From the sequence record SRR31156797_6766: DNA of 32,972 nt; one strand, written 5' to 3'. Positions 8,307 to 15,638 of the stretch are shown in pieces. The notes under the pieces were generated by a model. The model made no database searches and was not told the origin of the DNA. It saw nothing but the letters and a program-made list of their open reading frames with translations. The translations under genes and the position numbers were made by a program. Each line of letters starts with the position of its first letter. Positions within the stretch are counted from its first letter, which is position 1.

Positions 8307-9608
8307 TTAATTCCAAAAATTATACAATCCCCAGTAAGTAAAACCTCCAATAAATATTAAATAAAGAAGGTTATTTGAGAGTAATATTGCTTTTACCCAG
8401 ATTTTAGTTTTATTCGATTGAATTCTTTTAATTATAAATACTGAAAAAGGAATGATACTGAGCAAAAGTAAAAATGGTATGTAAGATGAAATAGTTACAA
8501 GATTTGAACTATAGTCAACGTATGGTGCATCAAAATAGTAGATATTCTGATGAGTGGCTAGCACAGCTAAATATGCTGTTAGTAACAAATTTAATCCTGA
8601 TATTAGCAAAGCTGCTTTCAGTGAGATTCTGGAGTTTCGATTTGTAAATAACTGAATTGCAAGAAATAAGGTGAGAAGCATTAAAATTCCTGCTAAAAAA
8701 ACAATCAGAATCCTTAGCTTAGGCGTATTGTAAGGAGTCAGGTAGTTAGTAAGTCTCTCAAAGTCAATATTCTTAGGAAATAATTCGGGAATGCTAATTA
8801 CGTGATCACCTTTTGCCAATTCTTCCTTCAAATTAAATTGGATTGTAGTATCATAATCGTGATAAAAGTACAAGTTCACCGATTTATCATTTGTATTCCA
8901 AATAGAAGTGAGTAATGTACCATCTCCGTTTCTGTTTCTGCTTACATGCATCGTGTCTGAAAGGGCTGTGAAATATGCTAATGAACTATTTGCCTGATTC
9001 CTATTAATAAAATCTTCTCCATTTCTGTAACGTACTAGTTGTCTTGCTTGCTCATTATCAGTAATGGATGGGCAAAAATTAGACAGCACATATTGAGCAT
9101 CATTGCCTAAAATAAGTTTGTAAGGCTCTACAATCAAATATTTACCTGAACTATCAATATAAATAAATACATGGTCATAGAATAAACTGTAATCATATTG
9201 CTCTATGTAGGCTTTAACCTCGTCAACATTGGCGCATTTTTGTAAAATGTCAGTTAGATAGTCTACTTCATTGGTAATTTTAATTTTATCAGTAAATGGA
9301 TTTTCCTGAGTAGGATACCATGCTCCCAATCTCGTAAAAGCAAGGCCAACTTCATTCATTCCTGATTGAGGAGCAGTTTTGTTTGATCCAACTTGCCTTG
9401 AACCTGTAAAAGCAGCTCCGTATTCATGGGAGTGTTTCGCATTTACAAACCAGATTCGTGATATCGTTCTCCACGCATCCTCATTGCAGCCAACCATAGT
9501 CTTGCCATCTACAGTTATTTTATACATACTGCATGCTTGAGACTTGTTTCCTGATGAAATTAAAGCCCAAATCGCAAAAAACAATATGAACAACTTGCTA
9601 TTTTTCAT
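8307..9608 (-). CDS. Ntn-hydrolase (choloylglycine hydrolase/peptidase C45-like) with C-terminal membrane anchor
   Basis: Signal peptide ending 'SQA' then 'CSMYKITVDGKTMVGCNED', 'SGMNEVGLAF', 'YVLSNF'; about four hydrophobic segments at the C-terminus. Confidence 0.72.
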   Translation of the reverse strand: MKNSKLFILFFAIWALISSGNKSQACSMYKITVDGKTMVGCNEDAWRTISRIWFVNAKHSHEYGAAFTGSRQVGSNKTAPQSGMNEVGLAFTRLGAWYPTQENPFTDKIKITNEVDYLTDILQKCANVDEVKAYIEQYDYSLFYDHVFIYIDSSGKYLIVEPYKLILGNDAQYVLSNFCPSITDNEQARQLVRYRNGEDFINRNQANSSLAYFTALSDTMHVSRNRNGDGTLLTSIWNTNDKSVNLYFYHDYDTTIQFNLKEELAKGDHVISIPELFPKNIDFERLTNYLTPYNTPKLRILIVFLAGILMLLTLFLAIQLFTNRNSRISLKAALLISGLNLLLTAYLAVLATHQNIYYFDAPYVDYSSNLVTISSYIPFLLLLSIIPFSVFIIKRIQSNKTKIWVKAILLSNNLLYLIFIGGFTYWGLYNFWN

Positions 9609-11028
9609 GTTTTCGAAGTTCTAAGTTATCCATTGCAATTAATTGGTTGGCGTTCATTTGAATATGAGACTCAATCAGCAGCAAGTTTTGTTGAAGAATG
9701 GTTAGGTAATTGAGTGTGTAGTATAAAGTACCTTTAAACTTCTTTTTAGGCCAAGCTGCATCAGTAAATTCATTTAAAATATTATTTTGACTGTGGTTGC
9801 TGTTTGATTTTACAAACGTTTTGTTTAAATCTATTATGTAGGATTTGAGCTTCTTTTGCAAGCTATATGCTTTTCCATCCTGATTATTCCCTATCATAAA
9901 ACTATGTACAAGGTCTCGTTTAAATGGATGCTGCAGAAATTCAATAGACTTTTGTGTTACATTATCTAAATACGGATTTTTGGGGTTGTCCATGCGAAGA
10001 AGTGTTTTTTTAATTTCTTCAATATAAGAAACAAGCTCTTCTGTAGGTTGATGAATTGCAAGGGCATGAATGGTTGTGTCAGTTTTAAAATAATGCATAT
10101 TCGAGGCTTGCAAAGCATTTTTATTTTGAGTAAGGTCTTCAAACAGGTGATAGTAATTCTTACCTAAGGTTTTTGATGTTTTAATTGATATTAAATTCAT
10201 GGTTAATACTACCCAGGAAGCAGCTAAGATTAAAAAAATAAATTCCCCGGAAATGTGTAATTTCTTTTTTGCAAGCATAATTCCGTAATAAGGTACTGCT
10301 ACTAAAAAAACAACAGCATTTCCAAGTGTGAGTATCACACCAGCGCCCGGCCAATGCATAATTTTAAAAACAAATCCTGTAAGTAAAATGATGAGGGCTG
10401 CAAGTCCAACAACAGTAGCACTCTTTTCTTGTGATTTTGGCCGCCCAATAATTTTTGTAATAAATAATGCAGGCAGGAAAATTAAAACTGAAGTGAATAT
10501 TCCGGCAAATAATAATTCTGTGCCAAAAGGAAAGTGCATTACTTTGAATAGCACTCCTAAAGAGTATAGCACAGCAGCCAAAAAACCACTTAAGTAAGTG
10601 ATCATATTTTTTTTGCTCTTTGTCTCCTTGTATAAAATGTAAATGGAAGTAGGTAAGAATAAAAAGCAAAGCACAAAAAAGCCTAATACCAATAAGGGAC
10701 CTGCTCCAGGCCAATGGAATACTTTGAACAGGGAGCCAATTCCTAGTAATACCGGAGCAATTAGCCCGGATGTTTTCATTAATTTTTTCATAATTCTATA
10801 AGTTTTGTCGATTAAATAAAAGGTATCATCTTGAATCTTCTTCAGCCCCCTGTAGCCGATTCTTTCCCGTACCTCATTATAAGCATCTGAAAACTTATAA
10901 CCATTATCCATCATTTGTTCTACATCGCAACATATGTGATCTACCAGATCCTCTTTCAAATGAGAATAATGAATATTAGCAGCGCTAACCTGTTTTTCTA
11001 TTATATTGATTTCTTCAACCGCTAGCAT
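9598..11028 (-). CDS. PadR-associated membrane protein: soluble N-terminal domain, three GldL-like hairpin repeats, GldM-N-like C-terminal domain
   Basis: 'LKEDLVDHICCDVEQMM...F..AY' N-domain; 'FKVFHWPGAG', 'FKVMHFPFG', 'FKIMHWPGAG'; tail 'ELVSYIEEIKK...GKAYSLQKKL...W..KKF...LTILQQNLLLIE'. Confidence 0.7.
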   Translation of the reverse strand: MLAVEEINIIEKQVSAANIHYSHLKEDLVDHICCDVEQMMDNGYKFSDAYNEVRERIGYRGLKKIQDDTFYLIDKTYRIMKKLMKTSGLIAPVLLGIGSLFKVFHWPGAGPLLVLGFFVLCFLFLPTSIYILYKETKSKKNMITYLSGFLAAVLYSLGVLFKVMHFPFGTELLFAGIFTSVLIFLPALFITKIIGRPKSQEKSATVVGLAALIILLTGFVFKIMHWPGAGVILTLGNAVVFLVAVPYYGIMLAKKKLHISGEFIFLILAASWVVLTMNLISIKTSKTLGKNYYHLFEDLTQNKNALQASNMHYFKTDTTIHALAIHQPTEELVSYIEEIKKTLLRMDNPKNPYLDNVTQKSIEFLQHPFKRDLVHSFMIGNNQDGKAYSLQKKLKSYIIDLNKTFVKSNSNHSQNNILNEFTDAAWPKKKFKGTLYYTLNYLTILQQNLLLIESHIQMNANQLIAMDNLELRKHEK

Positions 11029-11058
11029 ATTATTATTTAAAGTTATTCTATAAAGTTT

Positions 11059-11184
11059 GTGTCTGATTCATAATGTTTGAGTTCAAGGCTTGCGAAGTTT
11101 TTAAAATTTCGTAGTCCCGATTTTATCGGGATGAATGTTTTAAATACGAGCATAACGCAGAAATCGGACATTATGTGCAGACAC
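11059..11184 (-). repeat. ~126-nt long imperfect hairpin element, copy 2; overlaps the padR stop codon
   Basis: Minus-strand arms gtgtctgcacataatgtccga / tcaaacattatgaatcagacac; shares gcgttatgctYgt and aacttcRcaWgcct with copy 1; apical tcccgat-3nt-atcggga palindrome at 11115-11131. Confidence 0.8.
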
Positions 11185-11521
11185 TATTTAATCCGAAATC
11201 AGGTTTTAGAATAGTGCGGATAGTGTCAATAAACTCTTCCAGCTCCTTTATTTTCTCCATTGCAGTTGAGTGGCCTTGCTTAGTCAGTTTATAATAAACA
11301 CGCGTCCTGTTGCTCACCATTTCTGACTCAGTTGTGACCGAGCCATCTTTTTCCAATTTGTGCAAAATAGGATATAGTGCTCCATAGGTCAACTGAATTT
11401 TACCCGAAGTAATTTCCTCTACTTTTTGAGTTATTTCATAACCATACATTCGTCCTTGCTCCTTAAGCAGCTTAAGAATGATTGACTTTAGCGATCCTTT
11501 GAGTAGTTCTTTTGATATCAT
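11171..11521 (-). CDS. PadR family transcriptional regulator
   Basis: 'ELLKGSLKSIILKLL...MYGYEITQKV...GALYPILHKLEKDG...RVYYKLTKQG'. Confidence 0.95.
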   Translation of the reverse strand: MISKELLKGSLKSIILKLLKEQGRMYGYEITQKVEEITSGKIQLTYGALYPILHKLEKDGSVTTESEMVSNRTRVYYKLTKQGHSTAMEKIKELEEFIDTIRTILKPDFGLNSVCT

Positions 11522-11529
11522 ATAATTTT

Positions 11530-11552
11530 AATATATAAGATTCTTATATATT
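11530..11552. promoter_or_regulatory. Perfect 11-bp inverted repeat, candidate PadR operator
   Basis: aatatataaga-t-tcttatatatt, between the -7 box and the padR start codon. Confidence 0.7.
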
Positions 11553-11553
11553 G

Positions 11554-11561
11554 CAAATATA
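11554..11561 (-). promoter_or_regulatory. -7 promoter element for the padR operon
   Basis: TATATTTG on the minus strand (TAnnTTTG). Confidence 0.65.
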
Positions 11562-11747
11562 AAACATTATTGAGAAATACAAAAAAATATTTTTAATCAA
11601 GATAGATTAGGGCTATAGATTGTCCATTGCACCTCAATTATTTGTATCTGTTAAAAAGAATAAGTTTTTCCCCATATTATTATGGTATGAAGAATGATAA
11701 TTGACACTTTTTCAAACTTAAAATATTGAAAATGTAATGTTGTTACC

Positions 11748-11792
11748 GGGCACTGAGTGGCTGAGTGAAGGGATGTGGGAATCGAAGTGCCC
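11748..11792 (-). repeat. REP-like GC-rich imperfect palindrome
   Basis: Minus strand gggcacttcga...ctcagtgccc, 4 nt downstream of the stop at 11797. Confidence 0.55.
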
Positions 11793-11796
11793 TTTT

Positions 11797-12732
11797 CTAC
11801 GCCTTTTCCTTAATATAGGAATCTACGTGGCGTTCAATTTTTGAAGGATAAATATCTTTAATATTTATCATGATGGCTGTTTCTTCAACACCGCCAAAGT
11901 ATTTGTTGTAGCTAGTGCCGAAAGTACGCATTGTAGGTGACAGGTTCATGTAGGCGTTGATCAATGGTGGAATATTTTCACCTAATTGACGTACATTTTG
12001 ATTCAATATCCGCCAGTTTTCTTTATAATCTTTACCAGTGAAAAGCTTATCATAAGCTTCATAATCAATACCCAATTCCATAGGCTCGATGAGGGTCATT
12101 AGATTCTCATCATCAGCAAATTGCTTCTGAAGGAAGTAAAGAATCATATTACGTGCTTCAGTATTGAAGTGCGGATACATGGTAACTTTACCAAAAAAGT
12201 ATTTTGTTTCAGGGTGATTTACTACTAGTGCTCCCAGACCATCCCATAGGTTATCTAATGCAAAAATACCCTTACGTGATGATTTTGATGACTGGTAGTC
12301 GGGGTGGACAAATGAGCGACCTAACTCAATAGTATAAGGCAGATATTCTTGAATGAATTTTTCACTGAAATTAAAAAGTCTGTATGTGGCTAGTTGCAAA
12401 ACACCCTCCTCATCTGTTGTTGCTTTGTTGCATACAATATACCTATAGCCGCCTAAAATAATCCGTTCTTCGGGTGACCATACTATTAATTGATGGTATG
12501 GCTCTTCTTGCATGTCAAATTTATCAAGATCAATTGATTTACCAGTGCCACCGCCAGCTGTCCTGAAAGTTAACTCGCGAATACGACCAACTTCACGTGT
12601 TAAATTTGGTGCATTGTGATATGTGAAAGAATAAATTTCATTCTCTCCATAGTTGGTCTTACGCACAAATTTATCAGGTGTAAGCTCTTTTTCTAATAAT
12701 TCAACCGGTATGGGTGCAACTATTGGCTCCAT
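11797..12732 (-). CDS. glsB: GNAT-family N-acyltransferase (OlsB/GlsB-like, amino-acid lipid synthesis)
   Basis: 'REVGRIRELTFRTAGGGTG..DLDKFD', 'IELGRSFV', 'LDNLWDGLGAL', 'IPPLINAYMNLS'; paired with a PlsC-like gene divergent from mraZ. Confidence 0.7.
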   Translation of the reverse strand: MEPIVAPIPVELLEKELTPDKFVRKTNYGENEIYSFTYHNAPNLTREVGRIRELTFRTAGGGTGKSIDLDKFDMQEEPYHQLIVWSPEERIILGGYRYIVCNKATTDEEGVLQLATYRLFNFSEKFIQEYLPYTIELGRSFVHPDYQSSKSSRKGIFALDNLWDGLGALVVNHPETKYFFGKVTMYPHFNTEARNMILYFLQKQFADDENLMTLIEPMELGIDYEAYDKLFTGKDYKENWRILNQNVRQLGENIPPLINAYMNLSPTMRTFGTSYNKYFGGVEETAIMINIKDIYPSKIERHVDSYIKEKA

Positions 12733-12760
12733 TCAATTCACTTAATACAATTATAAACAC

Positions 12761-12794
12761 AAAAAAGAGACCGAATTGTTCTGTTCAGACTCTT
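12761..12794 (-). terminator. Terminator-like hairpin between the two acyltransferase genes
   Basis: Minus strand aagagtctgaa-cagaacaa-ttcggtctctttttt. Confidence 0.45.
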
Positions 12795-12818
12795 CAAAAG
12801 TCCACAAATATAATTAAT

Positions 12819-13655
12819 CTATGCTTTTGGCTTTAGTGAATAGGCAATTTTTTTTATTTCGGCAGCCCATTCTTCAGGTGATTTATCTTTAGTCAAGGAT
12901 TTGTATGATATAGGTTCACCCAAATAGATATTGAAATGACTATTTCTTTTCTTGAAAGATTCATCCGGCAAGTAAAACATTTCTATGTTGGCTTTAATGC
13001 CTAATCTTTTTCTCCATTTTGCAACTCTATAGAATCTTTTCGAGTTGAAAGAGTCAAAATGAACTGGAATGATATCTCTTTTATATTTCCTGGCTCTGTT
13101 TACAAATGTTTTTCTCCAAACAATGTCTTCTACTTTGCCTTTTACTTTTCTTGACACTAGTCCAAAAGGGAAGTCTAAAATTGGATAGTCAGCTTTACAT
13201 GCTTCATCAATCATTTTGAAGGCTTCTCTTGAGTGCCCGCCATGTTTGTTAATTGGAAGGAAGAGTGGTTCATAGTTTTTTATAAGCATTAGTAAGTCAT
13301 TCACTAAAACCCTTGGTTCAGAAAAATTTTTAGCAATCATGTCAGCCAGTACAACACCGTCAAACCCTCCCAGTGGGTGGTTTGATGCAAAAATATATCT
13401 TCCTTCTTTCGGTATTTTATCTAAATTATGAATAGTATAAGTAATGTTAAACTCTTTTAAGACAGAAGCAACAAATACAGTCCCAAAATTATCGGCATTT
13501 TTCCTCAATACTTCATTGATTTCGTCCTGATGAATAGTCCTTTTCAGATATCGCATAACAAATCCTGGGATAGCCTTTGCCAGTTTTTTACTTTTTGTGG
13601 CAATGGTTTTTTCCATGTCAATTACTATCGGTTTATTTTTTTGCTTCTCCGTCAT
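12819..13655 (-). CDS. glsA: PlsC-like O-acyltransferase (GlsA-like)
   Basis: HxxxxD motif 'SNHPLGGFDG', 'FPFGLVSR', 'IIPVHF'. Confidence 0.68.
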   Translation of the reverse strand: MTEKQKNKPIVIDMEKTIATKSKKLAKAIPGFVMRYLKRTIHQDEINEVLRKNADNFGTVFVASVLKEFNITYTIHNLDKIPKEGRYIFASNHPLGGFDGVVLADMIAKNFSEPRVLVNDLLMLIKNYEPLFLPINKHGGHSREAFKMIDEACKADYPILDFPFGLVSRKVKGKVEDIVWRKTFVNRARKYKRDIIPVHFDSFNSKRFYRVAKWRKRLGIKANIEMFYLPDESFKKRNSHFNIYLGEPISYKSLTKDKSPEEWAAEIKKIAYSLKPKA

Positions 13656-13701
13656 GATGTTTAATATGAAGTTTGTTAAACTCTGGTAAAAAATTCAAAT
13701 G

Positions 13702-13709
13702 CAAAATTA
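13702..13709 (-). promoter_or_regulatory. -7 promoter element for the acyltransferase pair
   Basis: TAATTTTG on the minus strand, about 46 nt upstream of the start codon. Confidence 0.55.
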
Positions 13710-13804
13710 GCAAAAAATATGCATTTGTAAACGAATGCCAAATAACCCATTTAAGCATAGAATTTATGTTAGCAATGCTTTGATTTTAAAAAGTTATCAA
13801 CAAA

Positions 13805-13839
13805 GTGGGTAAAAGTGGGGTAAAGTGGTTGTATGTGGG
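13805..13839 (+). promoter_or_regulatory. MraZ-binding (dcw) boxes
   Basis: GTGGG, GTGGG, GTGGT, GTGGG at 13805, 13815, 13825, 13835 (exact 10-bp period), upstream of mraZ. Confidence 0.9.
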
Positions 13840-13878
13840 AGAAATTTCTTTAATTTTACTTCGTAAATCCTGTTCAGT

Positions 13879-14343
13879 ATGATAACTTTTATCGGAGAAT
13901 TTAACTTAAAGACTGATGCAAAGGGGCGTTTGGTGTTTCCTTCAGCATTCAAAAAGCAGATGAAATCATCTGACAGGGATCAATTTGTCGTAAAAGAAGA
14001 TTTATTCGAAAAATGTTTGGTGCTTTTTCCTTTGGAGGAGTGGGAGCGACAAAACTCTATTTTACGCAAGCAATTGAATCCATTCAATGCGAAGCATAAC
14101 ACTTTCTTACGCGGATTTGCAAAAGGTGCCGCTGAAGTTGTGCTGGATGCCAGTAACCGCATTTTGATACCAAGAAGGCTATTGGATTATGCCGAAGTTG
14201 AGAAAGAAGTTGTTTTGGCTGGGCAGAATGGAAAAATTGAGATTTGGGCCAAAAGCAAGTATGAGGAGATATTCTCTGGTGATACAGACTTTGCAGCTTT
14301 GGCTGATGAGATATTAGGTGGTAGTTTAAATACCGAAGAATGA
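13879..14343 (+). CDS. mraZ: Division/cell wall cluster transcriptional repressor MraZ
   Basis: 'DAKGRLVFP' and 'LDASNRILIP' DxxxR motifs, 'IEIWAK'. Confidence 0.96.
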   Translation: MITFIGEFNLKTDAKGRLVFPSAFKKQMKSSDRDQFVVKEDLFEKCLVLFPLEEWERQNSILRKQLNPFNAKHNTFLRGFAKGAAEVVLDASNRILIPRRLLDYAEVEKEVVLAGQNGKIEIWAKSKYEEIFSGDTDFAALADEILGGSLNTEE

Positions 14344-15239
14344 CACAGTATCACACACCAGCTTTGTTAGAAGCTTGTATTGACGGGCTTCAAATTGATT
14401 CATCAGGAACGTATATCGATGCAACTTTTGGTGGAGGTGGGCATAGTCGCGCTATTATTGAAAAGCTTAATGATGGTATTCTGTATGGCTTTGATCAGGA
14501 TGATGATGCATTAGAAAATATTCCTGATAGTGAGCAGTTTACTTTTGTCCATCACAATTTTAGGTTTATTCAGCATTTTATGCGTTACCACGAAGTTGAG
14601 AAGGTGGATGGTATTTTAGCTGATTTGGGTGTTTCATTCCATCATTTTGATGCAGCTGAACGGGGTTTTTCATTTAGGTACGATGCTGAACTTGATATGC
14701 GAATGAACCGAAAAGCACATCTAACTGCAAAGCAAGTGATCAATGAGTATGCAGTGGATCAGCTCACAGAGCTATTTCGTACTTATGCAGATTTACGGAA
14801 TGCACGTAAGTTAGCCAGCATTATTGATAAAGCCAGAAGTCAATCACCGATAAAAACTACAGCTCAGTTGAGTGAGCTTGTTGAGCCGGAATTTCCTTCT
14901 AAAGTAAGGTTTAAATTCATGGCGCGTTTCTTCCAGGCTATTCGAATGGAAGTAAATAAAGAGGTTGAGGCATTGGAGGAATTTTTACTAAGTGGGCTTG
15001 AATTGTTGAAACCAGGTGGCCGATTTGTAATAATTACTTACCATTCGATAGAAGATAGGATAGTAAAGAATTTTTTCAAGTCAGGAAATTTCGAAGGTAA
15101 AATAGAAAAAGACTTTTATGGTAATGCATTAGTGCCATTCAAGTTGATTAATAGAAGTGTAATAATTCCCGATGAGGATGAAATACAAAGAAATCCTCGT
15201 TCGCGAAGCGCCAAGTTAAGAATTGCAGAAAAACTATAG
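14340..15239 (+). CDS. rsmH: 16S rRNA C1402 N4-methyltransferase
   Basis: 'DATFGGGGHS', 'DLGVS', 'LDMRM', 'YHSIEDRIVK', 'NPRSRSAKLR'. Confidence 0.97.
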   Translation: MTQYHTPALLEACIDGLQIDSSGTYIDATFGGGGHSRAIIEKLNDGILYGFDQDDDALENIPDSEQFTFVHHNFRFIQHFMRYHEVEKVDGILADLGVSFHHFDAAERGFSFRYDAELDMRMNRKAHLTAKQVINEYAVDQLTELFRTYADLRNARKLASIIDKARSQSPIKTTAQLSELVEPEFPSKVRFKFMARFFQAIRMEVNKEVEALEEFLLSGLELLKPGGRFVIITYHSIEDRIVKNFFKSGNFEGKIEKDFYGNALVPFKLINRSVIIPDEDEIQRNPRSRSAKLRIAEKL

Positions 15240-15638
15240 ATGGAAGATAAGCAAGCAGAATATCAGGAATTTGATGATTTTGAAGGACGTCCGAAAAGGA
15301 AATCTTCAAAACGCAATATTTTCAAAGACATCGTTGATGGATCAATACTAACCAACGATTTTTTTGTAGCGCAATTGCCATTTATTTTTTTCCTGGCTTT
15401 TTTGGGGATCATATATATCGGTAACAGTTACCATGCTGAGAAGCTTGTACGAGAGACTAAGCGTCTGGAGCAGGAATTAAAAAAATTGCAACCAGAAGCT
15501 ATTGCTACATCTTCTGAATTAATGCAACAAAGTAATCAAAGTGAAGTGGCAAGGCTGCTAAAAGAGAAAAATCTGGAGCTAATAGAATCACGCGAACCGC
15601 CAATAAAAATAATTGCTGATAGAGAAGAATTTGAATGA
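15240..15638 (+). CDS. ftsL: FtsL-like cell division protein
   Basis: Single TM followed by a coiled coil; position between rsmH and ftsI. Confidence 0.8.
   Translation: MEDKQAEYQEFDDFEGRPKRKSSKRNIFKDIVDGSILTNDFFVAQLPFIFFLAFLGIIYIGNSYHAEKLVRETKRLEQELKKLQPEAIATSSELMQQSNQSEVARLLKEKNLELIESREPPIKIIADREEFE

Noticed and set aside
7347-11028. Calling these genes gldL/gldM
   Set aside because: No gldK/gldN nearby, repeated and fused architecture, and the GldL TM glutamate appears absent
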